64,000 bases of DNA from an uncultured Eubacteriales bacterium (GCA_913063835.1 CAJXZV010000001.1:1366-65365), one strand, 5' to 3'; shown: positions 11,385 through 24,594, counted from the stretch's first letter. Notes: a model not told the origin generated them from the letters alone. Numbers and translations: made by a program.

Positions 11385-12054
11385 CAGGAGTCTCCTCTCC
11401 GCGGGTCACGAACCCGCTCGCGGCTCGCCTCCCTGTTTCGCCGAGCCGGACGAGAGCCCTTCGGGCCAGAAGCACGAGGACGCCGAACGAAGAGAGAGCC
11501 ATAAACGCGACCCAGGCCTCCAGGGCCGCGGTCCCGATGGCACCGAACCTCAGGAGCACGATCGGGTAGTTCACCATGCCGTGGACGACCGTCATCGCCC
11601 CCAGGGCCAGGAGACCCCGCCGCACGCCGCGGCTCCAGCCGTAGACGACCAGTCCCGCCGACGCCAGGTGGAAGAGGACGGCGAAGGCCCGCTCGAACAC
11701 GGCCAGCGAGAACGTCCCGACCGTGATCCCGCCCGGAACCGAACCGAGGGCCCCGACGGCGGGCGAGAGAACCCAGGCCGCTTCAATCCCCCCGAACGCG
11801 ACGCCGGCCGTCGCCCCGAAGAGCACGGCCCGCCGCACGGCCTCGGGGCCCGCGACCGCCGGCCGCAGCGTCCCCGCCAGGGCCATGCCCACCATCGCGG
11901 CGAGGAGTTTCGCCGGCTCCTGGACCAGGCCTGACGCGAACACCACGGGAATCGAGAGGATGTACTGGTCGGCCGTGGCCAGGGTGGCCGCCGCCCAGCG
12001 CGCGAGGGCCGCCTGCAGGGGAACCTGGACCGGGTCGAGCACGCGTATCGCCAC
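11365..12054 (-). CDS. Polytopic membrane protein, possibly a YhfC/CPBP-like intramembrane metalloprotease
   Basis: Several hydrophobic helices. A conserved-looking FERAFAVLFH (E..R....H) motif sits within a helix. Confidence 0.4.
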   Translation of the reverse strand: MAIRVLDPVQVPLQAALARWAAATLATADQYILSIPVVFASGLVQEPAKLLAAMVGMALAGTLRPAVAGPEAVRRAVLFGATAGVAFGGIEAAWVLSPAVGALGSVPGGITVGTFSLAVFERAFAVLFHLASAGLVVYGWSRGVRRGLLALGAMTVVHGMVNYPIVLLRFGAIGTAALEAWVAFMALSSFGVLVLLARRALVRLGETGRRAASGFVTRGEETPDAKSCP

Positions 12055-12292
12055 CTTCCAGACCCAGTATACAGTGCATGGTGTGCTCCCCGCTCCCGCC
12101 GGGGACGAGCGTCTGCCCGCCGGGAGACGGTGTCGGCGTGTCCCGCCCTCACACCGACGCCGACCCGCGGAGGGCCCGCCGAGCGGACAACCGCCGGCAA
12201 AGTCTCGCGGCGACTAGGAACCTGCTCCCCAGTCATAGAACACTCTCGGCGGCACGTCCGCAAACACGGAACACCCTGGAGGGAGTCCGGAC

Positions 12293-13165
12293 ATGAGCGA
12301 CAGCGAGCGCAAGAAGGTGACCCTACCGGTCCTCTACGAGAAGATGGCCCAGGGCACCCCTCTGACAATGGTCACCTGCTACGACTACCCGATGGCCTAC
12401 CTTGTGGAGCAGGCGGGCATCGACATCGTCCTGGTGGGCGACAGCCTCGGGATGACCATCCTGGGCTACGATTCGACCCTGCCGGTGACCATGGACGACA
12501 TGGTCCGGCACGCCCAAGCCGTCCGGCGCGGAACGCCCAACGCCTGGCTTGTCGGGGACATGCCCTTCATGTCCTACCAGCCCTCGGATGAGACGGCCGT
12601 CCGGAACGCCGGGCGGTTCATGGCCGAGGCGGGGTGCGACGCGATCAAGCTCGAAGGCGGGGCAGAGGTCCTCTCACGGGTCCGGGCCATCACCGCGGCC
12701 GGCATACCCGTCATGGGGCACCTCGGCCTGACCCCACAGAGCGCGGCCAGCCTCGGAGGCTTCCGCCTCCAGGGCAAGACGGCGGCCCAGGCCAAGAAGA
12801 TAGTCGACGACGCCCGGGCGCTCGAGGAGGCCGGGTGCGTGGCCATCCTCCTCGAACTCGTGCCCGACAGGGTCTGCAGGCTCGTCACGGAACGCGCCAG
12901 GATACCCATCATAAGCCTCGGGAGCGGACCTGACGCCCACGGCCAGCTCCTCATCTTCCACGACATGTTCGGCCTGTACCCCAAGTTCACCCCGAAGATG
13001 GCCAAGAAGTACGGTGACGCCGGCAAGGTCATCCAGGACGGCCTGGAGCGGTACGTGCAAGAGGTCAGGGAGGGGGTCTTCCCCGAGCCCGAGCGCTACT
13101 TCGGCATGAAGGACCAGGAGTACGAGGAGCTGGTCCGTCTACTCAAGGAGGAGGACGAACGATGA
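12293..13165 (+). CDS. panB: 3-methyl-2-oxobutanoate hydroxymethyltransferase (ketopantoate hydroxymethyltransferase)
   Basis: LVGDSLGM and GHLGLTPQS motifs; full-length similarity to PanB. Confidence 0.9.
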   Translation: MSDSERKKVTLPVLYEKMAQGTPLTMVTCYDYPMAYLVEQAGIDIVLVGDSLGMTILGYDSTLPVTMDDMVRHAQAVRRGTPNAWLVGDMPFMSYQPSDETAVRNAGRFMAEAGCDAIKLEGGAEVLSRVRAITAAGIPVMGHLGLTPQSAASLGGFRLQGKTAAQAKKIVDDARALEEAGCVAILLELVPDRVCRLVTERARIPIISLGSGPDAHGQLLIFHDMFGLYPKFTPKMAKKYGDAGKVIQDGLERYVQEVREGVFPEPERYFGMKDQEYEELVRLLKEEDER

Positions 13166-14514
13166 GTGAGCGGACACCCGCCTCCCCCCGCGGGGCAGGT
13201 CCAGGCCTCACACGCGGGGCCTCCGGCGCAGTACGCGAGAGGCTGAGGGAACTGCAGGCACGGCTGCGGATCCCCGAGGAGAGGCTCTCGGCCATCAACG
13301 GTATCCTGCTCGACCCCGACAGCCGCGTGGTAAAGGACTTCCTCGAGGTGGTGGCCAGGTACGGGACCCCTGAGGAGATCAACGCCAAGGCGGCCGAGGC
13401 CCGGAAGCTCTCGAGCCTGCTGGCCCGGCTCGAAGAACAGGGGTCGCCTTACCTCTCCGACATCAGATGGCTCATCGAGCAGAGGGACAAGGGCGCCTTT
13501 GTCACCGTCGCCGAGTACCGGCGCCGCGTTCTCGGGCCGAAGGCCGACTCGATGACCTTCAAGGACGAGTTCGCCGTCACCCTCGAGATAAGCGCGGCCC
13601 AGTATTTCCCGTGGGTCATCGCCGAGGCCGAACAGGCCATCGCCAACAAGGAACTCATGCCCGGCCGCTTCATCAGGGTGCGCAAGATGAAGGAGGCCGA
13701 GGCCGACGACGGGGACCTGGTGGCCTTCGCCGCGGCCATGCAGGTGATGGGGGCGAGCTACGTCGAGACGCTCGACACCAAGGGAACCGACGGCTCGAAC
13801 ATCCACCTCGGCGGCCCGGAGACCATAACCGGGTACTTCGGCGGGGTCGGCCAGCCGAACGACCACCCGCTGATGTGGCTCGACGAGTTCCTCTACTACT
13901 ACACCAACTACGGGATCCGTCAGGTCCTCAACATCAACCCCGGCACCGTCCTGGTAGGCTACCTCCTCCACAAGCTCGGGGTCGACATCGAGTTCAAGAT
14001 CTCGGTGTTCATGGGCAACGACAACCCCTACGCCGCCTTCTGGACGCTCATCGGGGCCAAGCTCTTCTCGCGGGACGACGGCACGACCCCGCTCATCGGG
14101 TTCAACTGGTCCAACTCGGTCAACAACGAGACCATCGAGATCACGGCCGAGTTCAGGCGGCCCCTGGGCTTCGAGGACGTGGTCAGGTTCGAGCACCACA
14201 TCGTCGAGACCTGGAAGAACATCGTCATCCAGCCCTACAACCGCCGGGACGAACTGGTCGAGCTCGCCGGCCACGTGAAGAACATCTCGGCCAAGCATGA
14301 GGGGGGCGACCCGGAGGTCGAAGAGACCCGGGAGCATCCGTCGGACATCCTCGACTACTTCCGCGACAAGGCCGAGATCCTCGAGGCGGGGGAGATGGAC
14401 CTGCTCCTGAGGAACTACCTCGACAAGCACGACGCCCTGAACAGGACGGCCCGCGCCCTCACCGAACACGGGCTCTCGTTCGTGGCCGCCCCGAAGCTGC
14501 ACCACCGGGGCTAA
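13162..14514 (+). CDS. Conserved protein of unknown function (450 aa), translationally coupled to panB
   Basis: Start ATG overlaps the panB stop (ATGA). Clean codon usage and no internal stops. I could not match it to a named family. Confidence 0.6.
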   Translation: MSERTPASPRGAGPGLTRGASGAVRERLRELQARLRIPEERLSAINGILLDPDSRVVKDFLEVVARYGTPEEINAKAAEARKLSSLLARLEEQGSPYLSDIRWLIEQRDKGAFVTVAEYRRRVLGPKADSMTFKDEFAVTLEISAAQYFPWVIAEAEQAIANKELMPGRFIRVRKMKEAEADDGDLVAFAAAMQVMGASYVETLDTKGTDGSNIHLGGPETITGYFGGVGQPNDHPLMWLDEFLYYYTNYGIRQVLNINPGTVLVGYLLHKLGVDIEFKISVFMGNDNPYAAFWTLIGAKLFSRDDGTTPLIGFNWSNSVNNETIEITAEFRRPLGFEDVVRFEHHIVETWKNIVIQPYNRRDELVELAGHVKNISAKHEGGDPEVEETREHPSDILDYFRDKAEILEAGEMDLLLRNYLDKHDALNRTARALTEHGLSFVAAPKLHHRG

Positions 14515-14565
14515 CAGGCCTGCGGAAGGTGCACCGTCCGGAGTGAAGTGGAGGAAGGTCTGTTC

Positions 14566-15318
14566 TCAACCGGGCCGGCGGAAGCGCACGAACTCGAAGG
14601 CACCGGAGAAGACGGGCCGGACCCCCTCGACTTCGAGACCGGCCGAGCGGAGGAGGGAGGGCACCCCCGGTTCGGTCACCGTCCAGGCGTCAGGCCCTTC
14701 CAGGGCGGTGATGGCCCAGCGGGCGACACGCATCTTCCATGCGGGTCCCCGGCCCCCGATGTCGAGGACGAGGCCGGCCCCTCCGGGCCGGAGCACGCGC
14801 CTCACCTCCTGCAGGACCGGAAGGCGCCGGTCCGGTTCCACCTCGTGAAGGCCCAGGAACAGAGTCACGAGGTCGAACCGGCCGTCCCGCAGGGGTAGGT
14901 CCGAGGCGTCGGACGCGATGAACTCGGCCCGGGGGAGACGGGCCTCCCCGTGGTCCTCCCCGTGCGCCCCGACGTTCCCCCCTCCGGGACCGCCGGAGCG
15001 GACGAGCCGGGCCAGCTTCCGCCGGGCGGCCTCGAGCATGGCCGGCGAGAGGTCGACGGCCACGACCTCCCCCCGGGGCCCCAGCCGCCGCGCCACCTCG
15101 GCGGCCACGATTCCCGTCCCACAGCAGAGGTCGAGGGCCTTCTCGTCCCCGGCCAGACCGAGCCGGTCGAGTTCGGCGGCCACGAGGCGGCGGTACCGGC
15201 CGAGGGTGATGACCCACATGAACGGGTCGTAGGCGAGGGCCGTCGCCTTCGCGTACGAGAGGCCGGTCGCCCCCGGCCCGGCCGGCCCTTCTCCGCCCGC
15301 CGTCCCACCGCCGGTCAA
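14566..15318 (-). CDS. Class I SAM-dependent methyltransferase (UbiE/COQ5-like)
   Basis: LDLCCGTG motif I and DLVTLFLGLHEV post-I region. Confidence 0.7.
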   Translation of the reverse strand: MTGGGTAGGEGPAGPGATGLSYAKATALAYDPFMWVITLGRYRRLVAAELDRLGLAGDEKALDLCCGTGIVAAEVARRLGPRGEVVAVDLSPAMLEAARRKLARLVRSGGPGGGNVGAHGEDHGEARLPRAEFIASDASDLPLRDGRFDLVTLFLGLHEVEPDRRLPVLQEVRRVLRPGGAGLVLDIGGRGPAWKMRVARWAITALEGPDAWTVTEPGVPSLLRSAGLEVEGVRPVFSGAFEFVRFRRPG

Positions 15319-16313
15319 CCCTCATCCCCCCTGCATGGCCCGGCGGCGGCCGCTTCCTCCACGTCCGCGGCCGAGAACCGGTAGACCTCGCCGCAGAACC
15401 GGCAGGTGAGCTCGGCCCCCTCTCCGGACGCCTTGAGCTCCTCCAGTTCGTCGGGAGCGATGCCGGCCAGGAGACCCTGAGCCCTGTCACGGCTGCAGCG
15501 GCAGCGGAAGCGGAGCCGCCTTCTCGCGAGGATCCGGTGGGGCAGGCCGGCCAGGACCCTCTCGGCCAGGTCCTCGGGTCCGAGCCCCTGCTCGACGAGG
15601 CGGCTGACGGACGCCATCCGGCCCAGGGACGCCTCAAGACGGGCCGTGGTCGCCGCATCCTCCCGCCGCGCCGCCGGGTCCCCCGATGCGGGCGGGGGCA
15701 GGAGCTGGACGAAGAGTCCGCCGGCGGCGGCGACACCCGACTTCCCGACAAGAACGCCCAGGGCCACCGCTGCCGGGGTCTGCTCGGACTCGACCAGGTG
15801 CCGGGTGAGGTCCTCGCCGACCTCGCCCGAGACGAGGGGGGAGGTGCTCACATAGGGCTCCCTCAGGGCCATGTCACGGATGACGCTGCAGAAACCGTTC
15901 CGGCCGACAAGTCCGCCGACATCGAGCTTGCCGTCGGGCGTGGGAGGGAGGTCCGCCCGGGGGTTCCTGGCGTAGCCGCGGACGTTGCCCTCCGCGTCGG
16001 CTTCGGCGATGAGGCCGCCGATGGGGCCGTCACCGACCAGGCGCAGGGTCACCGTCCCGCGGTCCTTCAAGGTGAGCCCCAGGAGGGCCGCAGCCGTGAG
16101 GACGCGCCCCAGGGCGGCGACGGCCGTCGGCGAGGCGTCGTGCCGGCGGCGCGCCTCCTCCACCAGGCGGGTCGTGCGGGCGGCAAGGACGCGCACCCGG
16201 CCGTCCGTCGTGAGGGCGGTGACGGCGTAGTCGTGTTCGCCGTCTTGGGTCTCCCCGGCGCCTCCCGGGTCCCCGGCGTCCGAACCCCGCCCGCGGGGGG
16301 AGCCGGAGCTCAC
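15315..16313 (-). CDS. hslO: Redox-regulated chaperone Hsp33
   Basis: C-terminal CxC...CxxC zinc centre (CRCSRDR...CRFCGEVY). Confidence 0.8.
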   Translation of the reverse strand: MSSGSPRGRGSDAGDPGGAGETQDGEHDYAVTALTTDGRVRVLAARTTRLVEEARRRHDASPTAVAALGRVLTAAALLGLTLKDRGTVTLRLVGDGPIGGLIAEADAEGNVRGYARNPRADLPPTPDGKLDVGGLVGRNGFCSVIRDMALREPYVSTSPLVSGEVGEDLTRHLVESEQTPAAVALGVLVGKSGVAAAGGLFVQLLPPPASGDPAARREDAATTARLEASLGRMASVSRLVEQGLGPEDLAERVLAGLPHRILARRRLRFRCRCSRDRAQGLLAGIAPDELEELKASGEGAELTCRFCGEVYRFSAADVEEAAAAGPCRGDEG

Positions 16314-16918
16314 CGGCCTTCACCCGCCCGCGCCGCCATCTCGAGGAAGTACTGGTGGACACGAGGGTCACCGGTCAGCTCGGGGTGGAAGGCGGTGGCA
16401 AGGCAGCGGCCCTGTCTGACCATGACCACCTTGCCGTCGAAGTCGGCCAGGGCCTCGACGCCGGCCCCCAGCCTCTTCACGTACGGGGCCCGGATGAAGA
16501 CCCCTCGGAACGGGCCCCCCGGCAGGCCCTTGAGGACGAGGTCGGCCTCGAAGCTGTCGACCTGACGACCGAACCCGTTGCGGACCACACCGATGTCCAT
16601 GAGCCCGAGGCAGGGCTGACCCGGCACGCCGTCCTCTATTTCCCGGGCCATGACGATAAGGCCCGCGCATGTCCCGTAGACGGCGAGTCCTTCCCCGGCC
16701 GCCTCGGGGACGGCCTCCGTGAAGCCGTACTCCTCCATGAGCCTCCCGATGGTCGTGCTCTCTCCGCCCGGGATGATGAGGCCGTCAAGGCCGGCCAGTT
16801 GCTCGGGCCGCTTCACCGGGACGGCGGCGCCCCCCGCCGCCTCGACCGCCTCGAGATGTTCCGACACCGCTCCCTGCAGGTCGAGAACACCGATACGAAC
16901 GGTGCCTGTCGTCCCCAC
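16310..16918 (-). CDS. pdxT: Pyridoxal 5'-phosphate synthase, glutaminase subunit
   Basis: IGVLDLQGAV, GTCAGLI (catalytic Cys) and FHPELT motifs. Confidence 0.85.
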   Translation of the reverse strand: MGTTGTVRIGVLDLQGAVSEHLEAVEAAGGAAVPVKRPEQLAGLDGLIIPGGESTTIGRLMEEYGFTEAVPEAAGEGLAVYGTCAGLIVMAREIEDGVPGQPCLGLMDIGVVRNGFGRQVDSFEADLVLKGLPGGPFRGVFIRAPYVKRLGAGVEALADFDGKVVMVRQGRCLATAFHPELTGDPRVHQYFLEMAARAGEGR

Positions 16919-16957
16919 GTCCGTCCTCCTCGTCCGCGTCCGCCGCGCCTCGGGGGC

Positions 16958-17902
16958 CTACCACCCGCGGTCCTGCATCCGCTCCTCCGGCCTTATGGTG
17001 GCTATCTCGATGCCGCGCATGGCCTCGCCCAGGCCTTTGGAGACCTCGGCCAGGACCTCGGGCTCGTTATAGTGGGTCGTCGCCCGAACGATGGCCCGGG
17101 CCCGGGCCTCGGGGTCCTTGGACTTGAAGATGCCCGACCCGACGAAGATGCCGTCAGCGCCGAGCTGCATCATGAGGGCCGCGTCGGCCGGTGTGGCGAT
17201 ACCGCCGGCCGAGAAGTTCACCACCGGGAGGCGGCCGAGCCTCTTCACCTCACGGACCAGTTCGAGAGGGGCGCCGAGCCTCTTGGCCTCGGCGGCCACT
17301 TCGTCCTCGGCCATGCCGGCGAGCTTGCGGATCTCGCTCATCATGGCCCGCATGTGGCGGACGGCCTCGACCACGTTCCCGGTCCCCGGCTCCCCTTTGG
17401 TGCGGACCATGGCCGCCCCCTCGGCGATGCGCCTCAGGGCCTCTCCGAGGTTCCTCGCTCCGCAGACGAACGGCACCTTGAACCTGTGCTTGTCGATGTG
17501 GTGCTCCTCGTCGGCGGGGGTGAGGACCTCGCTCTCGTCTATGTAGTCGACACCGAGGGCCTCGAGGATCTGCGCCTCGACGAAGTGCCCGATGCGGGCC
17601 TTGGCCATGACCGGAATCGTGACGGCCTCCATGATCTCCAGGATGACCGCCGGGTCGGCCATGCGGGCCACGCCCCCCGCGGCCCGTATGTCGGCGGGCA
17701 CCCGCTCGAGGGCCATGACGGCGACGGCGCCGGCCTCCTCGGCGATCCGCGCCTGCTCCGGCGTCGTGACGTCCATGATCACGCCGCCCTTGAGCATCTC
17801 GGCCAGGCCCTTCTTGACGCGCCAGGTCCCCTTCTCGGCCCTCTCGGCCCTCCCGGCCCCGGTCCTTTCGTCGTTCCCGGCCTTCGCCGTGCCCACCGTC
17901 AT
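16958..17902 (-). CDS. pdxS: Pyridoxal 5'-phosphate synthase, lyase subunit; start chosen at the Met preceded by an AAGGGGAGGG Shine-Dalgarno sequence
   Basis: [18 protein letters not shown] and [16 protein letters not shown] motifs. The longer track ORF is Arg/Gly-rich and probably spurious. Confidence 0.85.
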   Translation of the reverse strand: MTVGTAKAGNDERTGAGRAERAEKGTWRVKKGLAEMLKGGVIMDVTTPEQARIAEEAGAVAVMALERVPADIRAAGGVARMADPAVILEIMEAVTIPVMAKARIGHFVEAQILEALGVDYIDESEVLTPADEEHHIDKHRFKVPFVCGARNLGEALRRIAEGAAMVRTKGEPGTGNVVEAVRHMRAMMSEIRKLAGMAEDEVAAEAKRLGAPLELVREVKRLGRLPVVNFSAGGIATPADAALMMQLGADGIFVGSGIFKSKDPEARARAIVRATTHYNEPEVLAEVSKGLGEAMRGIEIATIRPEERMQDRGW

Positions 17903-18003
17903 CCGAAACCCTCCCCTTTCCATGATGCATAACCCGGCCCGACCGGCCTTGCGCCGGCCCCTCCGGCCGGCCCCTCCGGCCTCCCGCCGGGGCTGACCCA
18001 GGG

Positions 18004-19473
18004 CTAACCCTTCAGGACGCCGACCGGCCGCATCCTCACGACGCGCCGCGACAGGTCGGCCCTCTCGGCCGCCTCGACCACAGAGTCGACATCCTTGTAG
18101 GCCAAGGGCGCCTCCTCGGCCAGCCCGGCGTTGGAATCGCACCTCACGACGATGCCTCTGGCCTCGAGCTGTCGCCTGAGCTCCGAGCCTCTGACCCGCT
18201 TCTTGGCCGCCGAGCGGGAAAGCCGCCGGCCCGCCCCGTGACAGGTCGAGCCGAAGGTCTCGGCGAGGGCCCGCTCGGTCCCCACCAGCACGTAGGAACG
18301 GGTCCCCATGTTGCCCGGGATGAGGACCGGCTGGCCGACCGCACGGTAGTTCTCGCCGACCTCCGGGTGACCGGCCGGGAAGGCGCGGGTGGCCCCCTTG
18401 CGGTGGACGCACACCGTCATCTCGTCCGGCCTGCCGTCCAGGCCCTTGACCGTGTGCCGCTCGAACTTGGCGATGTTGTGGGCGACATCGTAGACCGTGC
18501 GGAGTCCCAGCTCCTGTGCGGACCTGCCGAAGACCCTGGCGAAGGACTCCCTCACCCAGTTGGCGAGGACCGTCCGGTTCGCCCAGGCGTAGTTGGCCGC
18601 CGCGGCCATGGCCGCGAAGTAGGAGCGTCCTTCCTCGGAGTCGAGGGGGGCGCAGGCCAGCTGGCGGTCGGGAAGAGAGATGCCGAACTTCGAGACGGCC
18701 CGGTCCATCACCTTGAGATAGTCCGTACAGACCTGGTGGCCGAGCCCGCGCGAGCCCGAGTGGACCATGACCACGACCTGGCCTCGTTCAAGGCCGTAGA
18801 CCCGCGCCACCTCTTCGTCGTAGACGTCCTCTATGACCTGGACCTCGACGAAGTGGTTGCCGGAGCCGAGCGTCCCGAGCTGCGGCCGGCCCCGCTTCTT
18901 GGCCTCCGGGCTCACCGCGGCCGGGTCGGCGCCGTCGAGGGCGCCCCTCTCCTCGAGGCACCCGAGGTCTTCCGGCCAGCCGTAGCCCTTCTCCACGGCC
19001 CAGGCCGCTCCGCGGACGAGGATGTCGTCGAGATCCTCACGCGTCAGCTTCACCGGACCTTCCGACCCTACGCCGGCCGGCAGGTTCCTGGCCATGTCGT
19101 CCATGAGGGCGGTGATCCGGGGCGCGACCTCGTCCCACTTCAGGTCTGAGCGCAGAAGGCGCATCCCGCAGTTGATGTCGTAGCCGACCCCGCCCGGGGA
19201 GATGACCCCTCCCTCAGGGCGGAAGGCGGCCACCCCGCCGATGGGAAAACCGTATCCCCAGTGGATGTCCGGCATGGCCATCGACGACCCGACGATCCCC
19301 GGCAGACAGGCCACATTGGCCACCTGCTCGGGAGCCTGGTCCGCCAGGATGTCCTTGATCATCTTCCCTCCGGCGTAGATGAGCCCGGTCGTCCTCATCC
19401 CCTTCTTGTAATCGGAGGGTATTTCCCACCGGCACTCGCCGACCTGGCGGATCGGACCTTTCCATCCAGACAT
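18004..19473 (-). CDS. rtcB: RNA 3'-phosphate/tRNA-splicing ligase RtcB
   Basis: [19 protein letters not shown] and HNIAKFE metal-site motifs. Confidence 0.85.
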   Translation of the reverse strand: MSGWKGPIRQVGECRWEIPSDYKKGMRTTGLIYAGGKMIKDILADQAPEQVANVACLPGIVGSSMAMPDIHWGYGFPIGGVAAFRPEGGVISPGGVGYDINCGMRLLRSDLKWDEVAPRITALMDDMARNLPAGVGSEGPVKLTREDLDDILVRGAAWAVEKGYGWPEDLGCLEERGALDGADPAAVSPEAKKRGRPQLGTLGSGNHFVEVQVIEDVYDEEVARVYGLERGQVVVMVHSGSRGLGHQVCTDYLKVMDRAVSKFGISLPDRQLACAPLDSEEGRSYFAAMAAAANYAWANRTVLANWVRESFARVFGRSAQELGLRTVYDVAHNIAKFERHTVKGLDGRPDEMTVCVHRKGATRAFPAGHPEVGENYRAVGQPVLIPGNMGTRSYVLVGTERALAETFGSTCHGAGRRLSRSAAKKRVRGSELRRQLEARGIVVRCDSNAGLAEEAPLAYKDVDSVVEAAERADLSRRVVRMRPVGVLKG

Positions 19474-19600
19474 GACAGACAGAGCCTCCCTGCTACGCTA
19501 CGCCTTCCCGTGCGCCGCGTACACATTCTAAGGCATCCCTGACGGTCGGGAAAGGGGTCGGCTCCGGCCGGACGGGCCGCCGGGGGACTCCCGCCTGGTG

Positions 19601-20152
19601 CTAGATGTCCAGGATCACCCGTGCCTGCAGGCCCCCGCCCTCCGCAGGCTCGACCGCGAGGCCGTGGTAGGTCGCGCCTTTGACGGCGACCACCGGCCGT
19701 GCCGCCGGAAGCCGGGAGACCCGGACGGTGCCGCGGAGGGTCCACGACCCGTCCTCCGCACAGGAGGCGTCCAGGTCGAAGCCCACCGGGTAGACCCCTT
19801 CGGTCTCAAGGGTGAAGATGAGGAAATTGAGCCAGTCGATGAGGAGCGACTCGAGGTCCGGAGCCCCGGAGATGTCGACCGGAAGCGTCCCCGCCGCGGC
19901 CTCCGGCTCCGCCGCCGCCGCGCGGGCGTCCCCTTCCGCGCCGTGGCCGTCTTCGCCCGACTCCCGAAGGTCGGGGAGCCAGACCCTCCTCAGCCCCTCG
20001 GCGGCCCACCGGAGGAGGTCCTCAGGGGTCTCCCCCCGGACGTCCAGGCCGACGTCTGCGGTGTGTTCGAACAGCCTCACGCCCCCCCGGCCTCCGCCCG
20101 GCCCGCCGGCGCCGCTCCCCGGGCGGCCGGGCGTCCGCGCTTCACTCGTCAT
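19601..20152 (-). CDS. Archease (RtcB activator)
   Basis: [10 protein letters not shown]-terminal motif and a KGATYHGL C-terminal motif, directly upstream of rtcB. Confidence 0.7.
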   Translation of the reverse strand: MTSEARTPGRPGSGAGGPGGGRGGVRLFEHTADVGLDVRGETPEDLLRWAAEGLRRVWLPDLRESGEDGHGAEGDARAAAAEPEAAAGTLPVDISGAPDLESLLIDWLNFLIFTLETEGVYPVGFDLDASCAEDGSWTLRGTVRVSRLPAARPVVAVKGATYHGLAVEPAEGGGLQARVILDI

Positions 20153-22592
20153 GCCTGGTCACCACCCGACCGAAGGAGACGACATGGTCGCCCTCGTCCA
20201 GGCGCATGACGGCCACGCCCCTGGTGTTCCGCCCTGAGACGCGGATGTCGTCCACGGGGACCCGGATGACGACCCCGCGGGCGGAGACGATCATTATCTC
20301 GTCTCCGGGATACACGAGCCTGACGCCGACCACCTGACCGCTCTTCTCGGTCAGACGGATGTTTATGACCCCCTTGCCGCCCCGGCTCTGTGTCGGGTAC
20401 TCCCCCACCGGGGTGCGCTTGCCGAAGCCGGCCGTGGTCAGGGTCAGGACCTCACAGCCCTCCCGGACCGTGTCCATGGACTCGACCACGTCGTCCCCGT
20501 CGAGGGTGATGCCCTTCACGCCGCGGGCCGGCCGCCCCATCGGCCTGACGTCCTCCACCGGGAAGCGGATGGCCTTCCCCAGCCTGGTAGCCAGGATGAC
20601 CTCCTCCCCGGGGGAGCTCAGCCTGACCCCGATGAGCTCGTCCCCTTCGTCGAGGGCCAGAGCGATGAGGCCGCTCGTGCGGGCCGTGGCGAACTCCGAC
20701 AGTCCGGTCCGCTTCACGGTCCCCCGCCGGGTCGCCATCATCAGATAGGCTCCGGAGTCGAGCTCCTTGACCGGGATGACCGCCGTGATGGTCTCCCCCC
20801 GCTCGAGAGGGACGAGGTTTATGACCGCCGTCCCACGGGCCGTGCGCCCGGCCTCGGGTATCTGGTGGGTCTTGATGCGGTAGACCCGCCCCCTGTTGCT
20901 GAAGAACAGGAGGTGGTGATGTGTCGTCGTCACGAAGAGCCGTTCGACGAAGTCCTCTTCCCGCGTCCCCATCCCCGCCACTCCGCGGCCCCCGCGCCGC
21001 TGGCTGCGGTAGGTCGCGGCGGGAAGCCGCTTCACGTAACCCCGGTGGGTCATGGTGACCACGACGTCCTCTTCGGCGATGAGGTCCTCGACGTCGAAAT
21101 CGTCACCGACGGCCCCGCTGAGGATCTGCGTCCGCCGCTCGTCGGCGTACTTCTCCTTCACTTCCAAGAGCTCGCGGCGGACTATCTGCATCACCATCCG
21201 CTCGGAGCCCAAGACGGCCCGAAGGTACTCGATGGTCCTGGTGAGCTCGTTGTACTCCGCCTCGATCTTGTCCCTTTCCAGCGCCGTCAGGCGCTGGAGC
21301 CTCATGTCGAGGATAGCCTGGGCCTGCTTCTCGGAGAGTCCGAACCGCTCCATCAGACCCCTGCGGGCGGTGTCCGGGTCCTTGGAGGACCGGATGAGTC
21401 TGATGACCTCGTCGAGGTGGGCCAGGGCGACGCGCAGGCCCTCGAGGATGTGGGCCCTGGCCTCGGCGCGGGCGAGCTCGAACCTCGTCCTCCTGGTGAT
21501 GACCTCTTTCTGGTAGTCGAGGTAGTGGACGAGGATCTCCCGGAGGTTCAGGACCTGAGGCCTGCCGTCGACCAGGGCCAGGAGGATGATGCCGAAGGTC
21601 TGCTGCATCTGGGTGTACTTGTAGAGACGGTTCAAGATGACGTTCGGGTTCTCGTCCCGCCGGAGCTCGATGACGACGCGGACCCCGTGCCGGTCGCTCT
21701 CGTCGCGCAGGTCGGAGATGCCCTCGAGCTTCTTCTCCCTGACCAGGTCGGCGATGCGCTCGATGAGGCCGGCCTTGTTGACCTGGTAGGGTATCTCCGT
21801 CACCACGATGCGCGTCCGGCCGCCCTTGACCGTCTCTATCTGCGCCCTGGCCCTCATGGTGATGACGCCGCGGCCCGTCCGGTAGGCCTCCTTGACGCCG
21901 TCGCGGCCCAGGATGAGCGCCCCCGTGGGGAAGTCGGGCCCCCTGATGATGTCGGTGAGCCGGTCCAGGTCTGTCTGGGGGTCGTCGATAAGGGCGACCA
22001 GGCCGTCGATGACCTCGCCGAGGTTGTGGGGGGGGATGTTGGTGGCCATCCCGACCGCGATCCCGGCCGAGCCGTTGACGAGGAGGTTGGGGAAGCGGGC
22101 CGGAAGGATGACCGGCTCCTTCTCGGACTCGTCGAAGTTGGGGGCGAAGTCGACGGTCTCCTTGTCGATGTCGCGCAGGAGCTCCATGGCCAGGGGCGCC
22201 AGCCGGACCTCGGTGTAGCGCATGGCCGCCGGCGGGTCGCCGTCGAGCGAGCCGAAGTTGCCGTGACCGTCGACGAGCCTGTAGCGGATGGTGAAGTCCT
22301 GCGCCATCCGGACGATGGCGTCGTACACCGCCGCGTCCCCGTGCGGGTGGTACTTGGCGATGACCTGCCCGACGGCCCGCGCCGACTTCTTGTAGGGCTT
22401 GTCCGGGGTCATGCCCTCCTCGCGCATGGCGTAGAGGATGCGGCGGTGGACCGGCTTGAGGCCGTCGCGCACATCCGGAAGGGCCCGGCTCACGATGACG
22501 CTCATGGCGTAATCGATGTAGGAGTTCTTCATCTCCTCTTCGATGGGCACGGTCACGATGCGGCCGTGCGTGTGCTCGGCGCCTTCAGCCAT
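20142..22592 (-). CDS. gyrA: DNA gyrase subunit A
   Basis: [29 protein letters not shown] and AKYHPHGD, plus C-terminal beta-pinwheel repeats. Confidence 0.9.
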   Translation of the reverse strand: MAEGAEHTHGRIVTVPIEEEMKNSYIDYAMSVIVSRALPDVRDGLKPVHRRILYAMREEGMTPDKPYKKSARAVGQVIAKYHPHGDAAVYDAIVRMAQDFTIRYRLVDGHGNFGSLDGDPPAAMRYTEVRLAPLAMELLRDIDKETVDFAPNFDESEKEPVILPARFPNLLVNGSAGIAVGMATNIPPHNLGEVIDGLVALIDDPQTDLDRLTDIIRGPDFPTGALILGRDGVKEAYRTGRGVITMRARAQIETVKGGRTRIVVTEIPYQVNKAGLIERIADLVREKKLEGISDLRDESDRHGVRVVIELRRDENPNVILNRLYKYTQMQQTFGIILLALVDGRPQVLNLREILVHYLDYQKEVITRRTRFELARAEARAHILEGLRVALAHLDEVIRLIRSSKDPDTARRGLMERFGLSEKQAQAILDMRLQRLTALERDKIEAEYNELTRTIEYLRAVLGSERMVMQIVRRELLEVKEKYADERRTQILSGAVGDDFDVEDLIAEEDVVVTMTHRGYVKRLPAATYRSQRRGGRGVAGMGTREEDFVERLFVTTTHHHLLFFSNRGRVYRIKTHQIPEAGRTARGTAVINLVPLERGETITAVIPVKELDSGAYLMMATRRGTVKRTGLSEFATARTSGLIALALDEGDELIGVRLSSPGEEVILATRLGKAIRFPVEDVRPMGRPARGVKGITLDGDDVVESMDTVREGCEVLTLTTAGFGKRTPVGEYPTQSRGGKGVINIRLTEKSGQVVGVRLVYPGDEIMIVSARGVVIRVPVDDIRVSGRNTRGVAVMRLDEGDHVVSFGRVVTRHDE

Positions 22593-22605
22593 CCGTCCTC
22601 ACCCC

Positions 22606-24594
<1,989 letters not shown>

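Noticed and set aside
13096-14505. 469-aa minus-strand ORF antisense to the panB-coupled unknown gene
   Set aside because: Low-complexity, Gly/Val/Asp/Pro-rich sequence. The plus-strand frame has translational coupling to panB and normal composition.
16355-17932. 525-aa plus-strand ORF antisense to pdxT and pdxS
   Set aside because: Antisense artefact.
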